Shown here piece by piece: positions 10,639-19,742 of a stretch of 64,000 bases of DNA. This DNA comes from Leptospiraceae bacterium (GTDB lineage Bacteria; Spirochaetota; Leptospiria; Leptospirales; Leptonemataceae): the NCBI GenBank assembly GCA_040217195.1, contig JAVJNR010000002.1, positions 448,001 to 512,000 of the forward strand, written 5' to 3'. The notes beneath the pieces were generated by a model that did no database searches, was not told the DNA's origin, and was given only the letters and a program-made list of their open reading frames with translations. The translations under genes were made by a program, and so were the position numbers. Each line of letters opens with the position of its first letter. The stretch's first letter is position 1.

Positions 10639-11436
10639 CTAAAAATTCATTCCGGTTCCGAATTGAATCCCAAGGGATCGTACCACAGGGCTGCCATTTC
10701 CAGGCACCGCCGATCCAGGATAGGTTAGAAACGTCTGAGTTAAATCCACTTCAGCGAACAGGTAAGTATCGGTGAAGTAATAGCGGGTACCTAATTCCGC
10801 CCCCAGGCGAGCAATGGTGGCTCCTCCGCCATAGTTTCCAATGCCCACAGATCCGTTTATGTAGGGATCAAAGGAACCTGTTTCCCAGGAAGGAAATCTA
10901 AGCCCCGCTTTAAAGTCCAGGGTATTGAATCGCTCGAATTCCTTCCGGCCTCGGCGAAGGGAGGCAATGTCCGACAGGCGAAAGTAAGCCTGCAAAGTCT
11001 GGGATGCGGTCGGATCATCTACAAAGAATCCGGATGCATTTAGAATTTCGAATTCTGGATCCGGTGGAGTGGTGCGCACATTTTCCAGTATGACCGATAG
11101 GCTATTGATGCCTGCGCCCAGAAAGAGCCAGTCTTGAACATAATAGCCCAGAGTAAAATCCAGCATTACCGAAAACTCAGTGGGGCGACTTCTATCAGCA
11201 GCAATGGCCAGGGCCAGGGCCCTATCTACAGAATCTCCAGAATTGCTCAGTCGAATCACCTGCAGCCCACTGCCCAGAGGGTCCTCTGTGATCTGCTGAA
11301 CCAGCTCCCCGGAGGGTTGGCCCACTCCAAGCCCGAATTGACCGAATAGATCTCCCTTCTCCGGATTGGCCTGCACTGAGAGAGGGCTGATGAGCTCCAG
11401 GCTCATAAAGCAAATTAGTGTTCTGAAAATGTTCAT
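10639..11436 (-). CDS. putative outer-membrane beta-barrel protein
   Basis: signal peptide, alternating strands, DPY..G.G.G, G.RYYF, C-terminal GMNF. Confidence 0.65.
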   Translation of the reverse strand: MNIFRTLICFMSLELISPLSVQANPEKGDLFGQFGLGVGQPSGELVQQITEDPLGSGLQVIRLSNSGDSVDRALALAIAADRSRPTEFSVMLDFTLGYYVQDWLFLGAGINSLSVILENVRTTPPDPEFEILNASGFFVDDPTASQTLQAYFRLSDIASLRRGRKEFERFNTLDFKAGLRFPSWETGSFDPYINGSVGIGNYGGGATIARLGAELGTRYYFTDTYLFAEVDLTQTFLTYPGSAVPGNGSPVVRSLGIQFGTGMNF

Positions 11437-11619
11437 TCTTGGTATAAGATCTGCGCTCCGGACGCTCGGTCCATCGGCGAATTCCCTGGAAGTTAGATAA
11501 TTAAAAGTGCATCCCTGGAATCCAATGATTTTCTTATGAGTAAGCTAGCTGCCCTGTGGCTCCGGTAGTTCCGAGCGAAAAAACCTGGTCAGCCAAACTG
11601 CAATGCATCCATTGACTTC

Positions 11620-12309
11620 ATGCTTCTTATTGTAGGCGCCTTTCCTCCGGAAACCGAATTGCTTGAGGATCTGGTAGGACCGGGTCTGGTAGTGCAATCC
11701 GCAGGAATTGGTCCGGTGGATGCCATACTTGGATTGGAAGCTCTGGTCACCGAGTTTGCGCCGGATGAGGTAATTTTTCTGGGCTCCTGCGGTCAGTACC
11801 GGGGGAGCCCGGAATGTCATTTCATTCAAGGGCAGCTTTTCACCTATCTGGATCCGGCCAGCATTCTGGGTCGCAGTCGAATGGTGCCTGCCATGCGAAA
11901 GTACTCAATGCCCCGCCCGGGGGAATTCGCCACCCTTTGCATGGAATCCGGAGAGTTTACGCCTGCCATTGTTAATACCACTATGTCTCTGTCCCTGGAA
12001 GCCCATGGGATGTCCTACTCGTTGCTGGAGCAAGCCATTGAAGGTCTGGAAAGTCTTTCATCAACCGATGCAAAAATGACACCATGGATTGGCTCGAGGG
12101 AAATAGGGAGTTTGTCGGTTACGGAGAATCTAGAAGTTTTTGGAATGGCCCGCTTTTGCGAGATACATAAGATCGGATTCTCATCCCTGATGGCGGTTAC
12201 CAATCAGGTTGGACCGGATGGTTCGGCGCAGTGGGCCAGAAATTATCAGTCCATGGGCCGGCAGCTTCAGGAAAAAGTGCGCCGCCTGGTCGAAAAAAGA
12301 AAGGGGTGA
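11620..12309 (+). CDS. PNP/MTA-nucleosidase fold protein (futalosine hydrolase MqnB-like)
   Basis: GIG.V.A, VIFLGSCG, ENLE, TNQVG......W. Confidence 0.7.
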   Translation: MLLIVGAFPPETELLEDLVGPGLVVQSAGIGPVDAILGLEALVTEFAPDEVIFLGSCGQYRGSPECHFIQGQLFTYLDPASILGRSRMVPAMRKYSMPRPGEFATLCMESGEFTPAIVNTTMSLSLEAHGMSYSLLEQAIEGLESLSSTDAKMTPWIGSREIGSLSVTENLEVFGMARFCEIHKIGFSSLMAVTNQVGPDGSAQWARNYQSMGRQLQEKVRRLVEKRKG

Positions 12310-12348
12310 TTGAAGAACCATTCATGCCACGGTCGATAGGTACATTCG

Positions 12349-12654
12349 GTGGCAGACATGGATGGATATCGCTTTCGGATTCAGCTCACGGTAGCTGTAT
12401 ATAAACAAAAGAGACTGACCTATAAGAACGACATGATCGTTCCTACGGTGTATCATCGGCGATCGGAAGCCCGGGCTCACATTAAGAGAGAGCTCCAGGA
12501 CAGGCTCAAGAATACCGATTTCTTTGTCTCTCCAAGGGTGGACTACGACCTGGTGCGATATACCAACGAAGCCTCCTGCAATACATATTTGCGGTATCGA
12601 ATTGTAGAAGATAAAAAGGCCGCTACTTTGCAGACCGATCTACTTCAAAGATAG
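12349..12654 (+). CDS. small basic hypothetical protein
   Basis: 101-aa ORF with globular composition in the same orientation as its neighbours. Confidence 0.65.
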   Translation: MADMDGYRFRIQLTVAVYKQKRLTYKNDMIVPTVYHRRSEARAHIKRELQDRLKNTDFFVSPRVDYDLVRYTNEASCNTYLRYRIVEDKKAATLQTDLLQR

Positions 12655-12743
12655 GCAGCCATGCCCGGTCCTGATCCTCAGCGGAAATTGACAGTCCGTC
12701 TGTAATTGGTTGACCAGGCGCGGAGGCAAGGAATCTTATATCG

Positions 12744-14327
12744 ATGCCCCCGGCCCCGCTGGATACAGTTTCCGATCCAGAACTTAAGGCACATCTACTT
12801 GCCTATTTCAAGCTCATCCAGTCCGTACTGGGTAAACGGCCAGGTACGCCCGAGCAGAAAAGACAGGTCTACCAACAGCTTCAGAAGCATCTGATTGAAA
12901 AAGCCCATTCGGTTGATGATCTAATCGAAGAAATACCCCGGATGGCCTCGACCATGGGGGTTCCGCCGCAGAATCTATCTTCTTTCATATCACAGAATTT
13001 CTTCAAGGCGCTGGAAATAGCCCGCCAGGATATTCAGAAATCCGGTACTGAGTCCGGCGAATCTAAAGGCCCGGCCCAGGCAGTCACAAAGGATCCGGCC
13101 CGTGATCACGATTTGATCGGCGAACTACTGGAGACATTTGGCCCTATTGTGCAGGCCCCCAATAAGTTTGTTCCCGGAGAAATGGGGGCCATCAAGATGA
13201 TGACTCCCAACGGTGAGAAGTTACCTTCATCGCTCACTGGTGGGTCCTCTGAATCCGAGGATGCAACCGCCGGGTCTTCCAAGCCCGCTGCAACGGATCA
13301 GGGCCCGTCAAAGGAATCTACTACGAGTGGACCTTCCAGTGCAACATCAGCGAAGAAAGTCACTGGAAAGGGTCCTGGCATTCTGCCTCAAAAAGATGAG
13401 CCTCTGATTCAAGAGATACTCAATAAATTCGGAAATCATCTGGATGTGCATGAAAAGCTGGAGCCCGCAGCCTTTCCCAGGAACTTCAAACCATCATCGT
13501 CTGAAGAATCAACGGCTGCTTCCGATGACAGTGCTGGCTCCGGCGATTCAGCACCGAGCCCGGCGCCGGCCGGGGTAAAAACAAATGCAGTTCCCAAAAG
13601 CGCGGGTCCGGTAATTGAATGGCCGGATGAAGACATAGGATTGATCCAGGAAATACTGGAGAGCTTTGGCAATGACCTGGCGGTCCACGGACGACTGGAG
13701 CCATCCGACGGACTGGCTACACCAGGCTCCGCTTCCCGAAAGCAAACGTCGGAACCAGCATCGCAGACTGCAGCGATTTCCACTCCTGCAACGGAACTGG
13801 ACAAAGCGCCTCCTTCAGCTCCTATCTCTTTCGCACGCTATACGGAAATTCGCGGGCAGCTGGCCAGGTTCCAGAAGTCCGGGGATCAGCAGGGCTATCG
13901 TCAGTATCTTCAGGATCTAGGCGAAGAGGAAAAGCTGGTTGTCCCTCTTCGCAATCTGGAAAACAAGTTACAAAAAAATCCTTCGCTTAAGGCATCGGAT
14001 GAGATCTATCATTTGTCCACTCAGCTGGGTGTATCCGCGGAGAAGCTAGCTGGTTTTAGAAGTGCAATGCTTCGCTATGATCGGATTCAGCTATTGCTCA
14101 ATGACTTTGTGCAGAGAGTTAAAAAGGGACCGGCTCCGCTTATGAAGGCTGTTCAGTCCATCTGGAGTCAGGTGCGCCTGCTGCTAAACCAGGTAGATCA
14201 GCCAGAATCCATGCGAAGTCAGATGAAATTCTTACTTCTGGGAATTCAAGATCCGGAAGTAAAGAAAAAGACACAGGAAATTCTGGAAAGCCTATTGAAC
14301 CGGGCTCATAGCATATACTCTGAATAG
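12744..14327 (+). CDS. hypothetical protein with helical ends and a disordered, repeat-containing middle
   Basis: 527-aa ORF; S/A/P/T-rich linkers; three LIxE(I/L)LxxFG motifs. Confidence 0.8.
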   Translation: MPPAPLDTVSDPELKAHLLAYFKLIQSVLGKRPGTPEQKRQVYQQLQKHLIEKAHSVDDLIEEIPRMASTMGVPPQNLSSFISQNFFKALEIARQDIQKSGTESGESKGPAQAVTKDPARDHDLIGELLETFGPIVQAPNKFVPGEMGAIKMMTPNGEKLPSSLTGGSSESEDATAGSSKPAATDQGPSKESTTSGPSSATSAKKVTGKGPGILPQKDEPLIQEILNKFGNHLDVHEKLEPAAFPRNFKPSSSEESTAASDDSAGSGDSAPSPAPAGVKTNAVPKSAGPVIEWPDEDIGLIQEILESFGNDLAVHGRLEPSDGLATPGSASRKQTSEPASQTAAISTPATELDKAPPSAPISFARYTEIRGQLARFQKSGDQQGYRQYLQDLGEEEKLVVPLRNLENKLQKNPSLKASDEIYHLSTQLGVSAEKLAGFRSAMLRYDRIQLLLNDFVQRVKKGPAPLMKAVQSIWSQVRLLLNQVDQPESMRSQMKFLLLGIQDPEVKKKTQEILESLLNRAHSIYSE

Positions 14328-14372
14328 CTCTTTAGAATTCCCATTAATTAGATTCCAGATGTAAGGGCCGGT

Positions 14373-15200
14373 CTAGAGATTCCAGCCCATTCCAATATGC
14401 AGAGCCGGGCTAATCACCGGTGCGCTAAGAATGCGAATTCCAGCGTCGCGATTGGTAAATACCTTGGTCTGGTATTCCAGCTCGGCGAATACGTAGTATC
14501 CGTCCTCTGCATTCCAGCGAGTACCCAGTCTTGGAGCCATCTTTAGCGCTTCGCACTGATAATCTCCGATGCAGGCTCCCAGTCCAAGTCCCATGCCTAA
14601 ATAGGGGTCCCATTCAGAGCCAGGCAAGATGTGCCAGTTGAAGCCAAAATCTATCATGACGTAGCTGTAGCTCTCCGGTCTTCTTAATTGCTCCAGAACG
14701 GGAAGCAATGTTTGAAATGCAAGACTGGAGATCCCCGTGAATTGACTTCCTCCTCCCGAACCAGCCAGTGCCAGAGAATAGGCTGTATTAAATTCTCCGC
14801 AGTTTGCCAGGCAGTCCGTGCTGGCCGATTCATAATTGAGGCCCATGGTAAGCCCGAATCGTTTCAGGTCCCCGATCAAGTATTCCGCACCAAATCTTAG
14901 ATGGCTTTCTGTAACCTTTTCCTTTCTACGGCTCAAAGATTCGGTGGCGGCCAGGGTACCCAGGGTATTGATGGCCGGGTCCGATGAGGGATTGTTCAGA
15001 TGCTGGAGGCCTGCAGAATCCGCTGCACTTTCTTCTGTGAACTGGCCATAGCCTACGGAGGCACGTAAACTCCAGGGCGATGGAAGGCTCTGCGCTATCA
15101 GGGAGGGGGCAATCCAGAAAAAACAAGTTAGAAGGACAATTTGGCGGAAATTACCCGCGGCGTTTCTCTTGAACCAGGCTGAGATGAAATGAAAGGACAT
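14373..15200 (-). CDS. putative outer-membrane beta-barrel protein (paralog)
   Basis: signal peptide, WDPYLGMGLGLG, LGTRWN, C-terminal GWNL. Confidence 0.65.
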   Translation of the reverse strand: MSFHFISAWFKRNAAGNFRQIVLLTCFFWIAPSLIAQSLPSPWSLRASVGYGQFTEESAADSAGLQHLNNPSSDPAINTLGTLAATESLSRRKEKVTESHLRFGAEYLIGDLKRFGLTMGLNYESASTDCLANCGEFNTAYSLALAGSGGGSQFTGISSLAFQTLLPVLEQLRRPESYSYVMIDFGFNWHILPGSEWDPYLGMGLGLGACIGDYQCEALKMAPRLGTRWNAEDGYYVFAELEYQTKVFTNRDAGIRILSAPVISPALHIGMGWNL

Positions 15201-15366
15201 ATTATATAGAAGAATCTTTCAGCGGATCTGCAACAATAATCCGACCAGGGTAGAATCCCTGCGGTTGGCATCTCCGAAAGATTCGGGATACCTCCAAAAT
15301 GCCAGAACAGCATTACAGGAGCATAGGGCCCAGGCGGCAAGGGATCCTAATCCCGGAGTCGGACGG

Positions 15367-16182
15367 CTAGAATCTTAAACCAACTCCCAGAAGGGCCGAA
15401 GGCAGGGGTAATTCTCTGGGAGATCTGCCGGCCGTTGTGCTGTAAGATTCAAACCCGTACTCCAGTCGTAAATCCACCAGAATTAGACCGTTTCGCATTT
15501 GAAGTCCAAGAACAGGACTGGCTCTTGCCATGCCAAAGCAGCCGTCTGCGCAAAGCCCGGCTTGCAGGCTCAATCCGGCGTATGGGTTAAGCAAACCGTC
15601 CGGGTTCATATATACATTGAATCCCATCTGAGCGAAAAGGGCTGAGAATGCACGGTACCTGGGATTCGCATCCAGGGCCTGCAAGGCCAGGAAATCCTGC
15701 AGCAAACGGTTCTGGTCAGCTCCCGGCTGAAGCAATTGTAGTTCTATGGCCTTCTGTGTCGCCTCCCCACACCATTGTACGCATTTGTGACTAGTTTCCA
15801 GATAACCGAAACCCAACTCCAGGCCAAGATGATTTCCATCATCCACAATCCATTCCAGAAGCATTCTTGCATGCGCCTGCTCCGTACGAAGTCTGGATTC
15901 CTGACTGGCTTCCAGGAAGAAGGCGCTTCCAGTTCCGTTGAAAACGTATTGTCCTTCATTTATTAAAAAGGGGACGTACGGGGCTGCCTCAAATAGATGG
16001 GCACCGCTTAATGTATCTCGAACTCCAGCCCCGCCGAATATCTTTACCGAAAAGTCCACTTCGTCCCTGGCATGCAAATCACCGGCAGGAATCATAATAA
16101 TAAGAGCTAGCAGGAAAAGCGCAGTCCAGGTCGCACTATGACTAAAGAATTCCGAAAACGGGCTGCGAGGTGGAATCGTCAT
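15367..16182 (-). CDS. putative outer-membrane beta-barrel protein (paralog)
   Basis: signal peptide, NPYAGLSL.AG, C-terminal GLRF. Confidence 0.6.
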   Translation of the reverse strand: MTIPPRSPFSEFFSHSATWTALFLLALIIMIPAGDLHARDEVDFSVKIFGGAGVRDTLSGAHLFEAAPYVPFLINEGQYVFNGTGSAFFLEASQESRLRTEQAHARMLLEWIVDDGNHLGLELGFGYLETSHKCVQWCGEATQKAIELQLLQPGADQNRLLQDFLALQALDANPRYRAFSALFAQMGFNVYMNPDGLLNPYAGLSLQAGLCADGCFGMARASPVLGLQMRNGLILVDLRLEYGFESYSTTAGRSPRELPLPSALLGVGLRF

Positions 16183-16479
16183 TCCTTCCAGCCTCCGTTG
16201 CGCTGTTCATTTGTAAATAAAACTAATAAATAGGCTCAAGCAATAGCCCGGATCAGTGCCCCGGGTCGCCGGAATTAATCAAATTGTCCTGGTAGTAAGA
16301 ATCAGGGCTCCAATTCCTGACCAATCCGGGTTTCTGGCCGGGGAAATGGCCCGGATTTTTAAGGCCCCGAATCCCGTACAGCCAATTTTCTGAATTCCCC
16401 TTGACCCTGGGCTATACTTCAAAAGATGTGTTCATCTTGCGTCTCTTTTCCTCGGAGAAGGGGTCGTAGGCGGGAGAAT

Positions 16480-16552
16480 GCCCTCTTAGCTCAGTTGGTA
16501 GAGCGCATCCATGGTAAGGATGAGGTCACCAGTTCAAGCCTGGTAGAGGGCT
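16480..16552 (+). tRNA. tRNA-Thr(GGU)
   Basis: acceptor GCCCTCT/AGAGGGC, anticodon arm CATCC-atGGTaa-GGATG, T-loop TTCAAGC; CCA not encoded. Confidence 0.97.
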
Positions 16553-16581
16553 CAGAGCCGTAGGCGCCTGAACCCGTGTCC

Positions 16582-16653
16582 AGGCCGGTAGTTCAATGGC
16601 TAGAATAGGGGTCTCCAAAACCCTTGATGAGAGTTCGATTCTCTCCCGGCCTG
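16582..16653 (+). tRNA. tRNA-Trp(CCA)
   Basis: acceptor AGGCCGG/CCGGCCT, anticodon loop ctCCAaa, T arm GAGAG-TTCGATT-CTCTC; lies just before secE. Confidence 0.97.
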
Positions 16654-16669
16654 CAAAGTAGGTAATACC

Positions 16670-16852
16670 ATGATTAAGTTCATAAAAGAAAGCCGCGAAG
16701 AATTGCGGAATGTAGTGTGGCCCACCCGGGAAGAAGTACTGAATTCTACTATTGTAGTGCTGGGTGCTGTAGTTGTGGCTTCGCTATTCCTGTATGGCAT
16801 AGACCACATGTTTGAAATGGTCTTCAATGCCCTTGTGGAAATAGGCTCATAA
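16670..16852 (+). CDS. secE: preprotein translocase SecE (single TM)
   Basis: EL..VVWPTR.E motif; position between tRNA-Trp and nusG. Confidence 0.95.
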   Translation: MIKFIKESREELRNVVWPTREEVLNSTIVVLGAVVVASLFLYGIDHMFEMVFNALVEIGS

Positions 16853-16857
16853 TAGCC

Positions 16858-17391
16858 ATGAAGTGGTATGTGATTCGTACATATTCAGGCCACGAAAAGA
16901 AGGCCAAAACGAACATCGAGAAGATGGTTCAGGCCAGAGGCATGGCCGATAAGATCGGGCAGATTAATATCCCCACAATCAAAGTTGCCGAGATGAAGGG
17001 GGGTAAAAAAAGGGTCGTAGAGAAGAAGTTTATGCCAGGCTACATTGTGGCTGAGCTTGAACTGGACGATGACCTCCGAATCCTGATCGGTAATCTGCCC
17101 TCTATTGCAGGCTTTGTTGGTTCACCGGAACCTCAGGCTTTGACCGAGGACGAAGTCCGTAGTTTGATGAATACTGAGCAATCCTCGGAAGAAGAGGAAA
17201 GTTCGGTGACCCGGATGCTGTTCCAGGTCGGTGAGACTGTTAAGATTGTAGACGGACCTTTTGCGAACTTCACCGGCACGGTTGATGAGATTATGCCGGA
17301 CAAAGGTCGACTGCGAGTGAAGGTTGAGATTTTTGGCCAGGCCACTCCGGTGGAACTGGATTATCTGCAGGTGGCATCCAACGTAGGTTGA
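16858..17391 (+). CDS. nusG: transcription factor NusG
   Basis: WYV..TYSG.E, PGYI, KOW domain GPFANFTG...IFG..TPVEL. Confidence 0.97.
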   Translation: MKWYVIRTYSGHEKKAKTNIEKMVQARGMADKIGQINIPTIKVAEMKGGKKRVVEKKFMPGYIVAELELDDDLRILIGNLPSIAGFVGSPEPQALTEDEVRSLMNTEQSSEEEESSVTRMLFQVGETVKIVDGPFANFTGTVDEIMPDKGRLRVKVEIFGQATPVELDYLQVASNVG

Positions 17392-17523
17392 GCCTCTGAA
17401 AAGAAGCAGAGTAAAGAGAGAGTTATTGTCTATAGAGATTGTAAGTTGAGGGCTGGGTCCGGATTGATTCCGGGGATCAGACAGGGAATTATAAAGTAAG
17501 CCAGAAGGCAAAGGCATCTAAAG

Positions 17524-17952
17524 ATGGCACAGAAGAAAGTAGTAACACAGATCAAGCTGCAGGTAGAAGCAGGCAAAGCTAATCCGGCTCCTCCCGTAGG
17601 TCCAGCCCTGGGTCAGCATGGCCTGAACATCATGGAATTCTGCAAGCAGTTCAATGAAAAGACCAAGAATCAGGTGGGAATCAAGCTGCCTGTGGTGATA
17701 ACCGTATATGCGGATCGCAGTTTTACATTTATCACCAAGTCTCCTCCGGCTCCTCTTTTGATTAAGAAGGAAATGGGGATTAAGAGTGGATCGGCCACTG
17801 CGGGTAAGACCAAAGCAGGATCCATCAAGCGATCGCAGCTGGAAAAGATTGCTGAGATCAAAATGAAAGATCTGAACTGTCATGACATGGACGCTGCCAT
17901 AGCCGTTCTGTCAGGAACCTGTCGTTCTATGGGCGTAGAGGTGGAGGACTAA
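17524..17952 (+). CDS. rplK: 50S ribosomal protein L11
   Basis: [13 protein letters not shown]...FCKQFN. Confidence 0.98.
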   Translation: MAQKKVVTQIKLQVEAGKANPAPPVGPALGQHGLNIMEFCKQFNEKTKNQVGIKLPVVITVYADRSFTFITKSPPAPLLIKKEMGIKSGSATAGKTKAGSIKRSQLEKIAEIKMKDLNCHDMDAAIAVLSGTCRSMGVEVED

Positions 17953-17953
17953 T

Positions 17954-18634
17954 ATGTTTCGCGGCAAGCAATGGAAAGCGGTAGCAGATAAGGTAGATCG
18001 GTCTCAGGCACAGGACCTGGAGACTGCAATCAATCTGCTGAAAGAAGTAAGTTATACTAAATTTGACGGAACTGTAGAGGCAGCCATCAAGATAGGCTAC
18101 AAATCTCTGCAGAATGTTCGGGGCAACCTGAAGCTTCCTCATGGCACTGGAAAGGCAGTACGCGTTCTGGTAATCGCCAAAGAGGATAAGCATGCTGAAG
18201 CAAAGGAAGCTGGTGCTGACTTTGTAGGTGCCCAGGATATGATCGATAAGATCCAATCCGAAAAATGGACTGATTTCGATGCCTGCGTGGCTACTCCTGA
18301 TATGATGAAAGACCTGGGGAAGCTGGGTCCCATCCTGGGGCGAAAAGGTCTCATGCCCAAGCCAAAGGCTGGAACTGTGACTGAAGACGTAGCAGCGGCT
18401 GTAAAGAGTCTGAAAGGCGGACAAATGGAATACAAGGCCGACAAGAGCGGCGTAGTTCATCTGCCCGTGGGAAAGGTATCCTTTAGCCCTGATCAGCTAC
18501 AGGAAAATATCAAGACGGTATACCAATCCATTATGCGAGACAAACCGTCGGATGCCAAGGGAGAATACGTACGTAGCTTCTTCCTCGCACCGACCATGGG
18601 CCCGGGCGTACGCTTAAATATGCGTTCCCTGTAA
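17954..18634 (+). CDS. rplA: 50S ribosomal protein L1
   Basis: LPHGTGK, LG.KGLMP.PK.GTVT, TMGPG. Confidence 0.98.
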   Translation: MFRGKQWKAVADKVDRSQAQDLETAINLLKEVSYTKFDGTVEAAIKIGYKSLQNVRGNLKLPHGTGKAVRVLVIAKEDKHAEAKEAGADFVGAQDMIDKIQSEKWTDFDACVATPDMMKDLGKLGPILGRKGLMPKPKAGTVTEDVAAAVKSLKGGQMEYKADKSGVVHLPVGKVSFSPDQLQENIKTVYQSIMRDKPSDAKGEYVRSFFLAPTMGPGVRLNMRSL

Positions 18635-18662
18635 GACCCTCTGCAAAGGAAAGGAGATCCAA

Positions 18663-19199
18663 ATGCCTGCGCCAATAAAAGAAGAGAAATTATCCGAGAT
18701 TGCGAAGATCCTCGGTGAACATGAGCATTTTCTTCTGACCACCTATTCTGGTCTGTCAGTAGATGCTCTAACCGAGCTTCGTAACGAAGTGCGAGAAAAG
18801 GAAGGTAGATTAAAGGTCATAAAAAACCGACTATTCATTCGCGCACTTGCTGGTGATAGCAAATTCGGCGAGGCCCTGGACGGCTTGAAAGATCAGCTGA
18901 AAGGGCCCGTAGCCGCTGTATTCGCCAGTGAACAAATGCCAGCAGTGGCCAAAGTACTCGTTGAGAAGAATAAAACGAACCAGAAGATCCAGCTCAAGGG
19001 TGGCTTTTTTGACGGACAGTTGCTAGACGAGTCCGGTGTGAAGCAGATTGCCAACCTGCCTACGAAAGAAGAGTTGCTTACCATCATTGGTCGCGGCTTG
19101 AATACGCCGGCTCAGAAGATCGCTACTGGTATCAACGAGATTATGGCCTCCCTTGCAAGAGGCATCAACGCTGTGGCGGAGAAAAACCAAAACAGCTAA
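18663..19199 (+). CDS. rplJ: 50S ribosomal protein L10
   Basis: GL.V..LTELR, KVIKNRL, LKGP, A.LPTKEELL; synteny. Confidence 0.95.
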   Translation: MPAPIKEEKLSEIAKILGEHEHFLLTTYSGLSVDALTELRNEVREKEGRLKVIKNRLFIRALAGDSKFGEALDGLKDQLKGPVAAVFASEQMPAVAKVLVEKNKTNQKIQLKGGFFDGQLLDESGVKQIANLPTKEELLTIIGRGLNTPAQKIATGINEIMASLARGINAVAEKNQNS

Positions 19200-19247
19200 T
19201 TACAACGTAAAGATTGTCCAGGAAGGAATCGAAAGAAGGAGTCAACA

Positions 19248-19631
19248 ATGTCTACAGACGCATTGCTAGAACAAATTGGCCAGCTTACACTGGTAGAAGC
19301 CGCTGAGCTGGTAAAGAAAATGGAAGATAAATTCGGCATTTCAACAGCCGCTCCGGTAGCTGTTGCTGCTGGCGGACCCGCCGCAGGCGGTGGAGATGCT
19401 GCAGCAGCTGAAGATGCTGAATATAACGTAGTTCTCAAGAGCTTTGGCGAAAAGAAGATCGATGTGATCAAAGTAGTTCGCGAAGAAACAGGTCTTGGCC
19501 TGAAAGAAGCCAAAGATCTGGTTGAGAAAGGCGACCAGGTAGTAAAAGAAAGCCTACCCAAAGCCCAGGCAGACGAGCTCAAGAAAAAGCTCGAAGGTGC
19601 TGGAGCTACAGTAGAGCTTGCTGCCAGCTAA
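19248..19631 (+). CDS. rplL: 50S ribosomal protein L7/L12
   Basis: Ala-rich hinge; [21 protein letters not shown]. Confidence 0.98.
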   Translation: MSTDALLEQIGQLTLVEAAELVKKMEDKFGISTAAPVAVAAGGPAAGGGDAAAAEDAEYNVVLKSFGEKKIDVIKVVREETGLGLKEAKDLVEKGDQVVKESLPKAQADELKKKLEGAGATVELAAS

Positions 19632-19649
19632 TCAGCATATAATCATTGG

Positions 19650-19677
19650 GGCCCGGCTAAGATAGCCGGGTCTATTT
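19650..19677 (+). terminator. rplL-rpoB attenuator/terminator-like hairpin
   Basis: GGCCCGGCTA-aga-TAGCCGGGTC followed by TATTT. Confidence 0.65.
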
Positions 19678-19742
19678 AAGAATCGGGGCTCTGCGCAAGA
19701 GGTCCGATCCATTTGTATCTGCAGGAACAACACTGGCTTATT

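Noticed and set aside
16323..16360. AATCCGGG/CCCGGATT plus T-run hairpin upstream of the tRNA promoter
   Set aside because: Large loop and no upstream + strand gene to terminate; function cannot be supported
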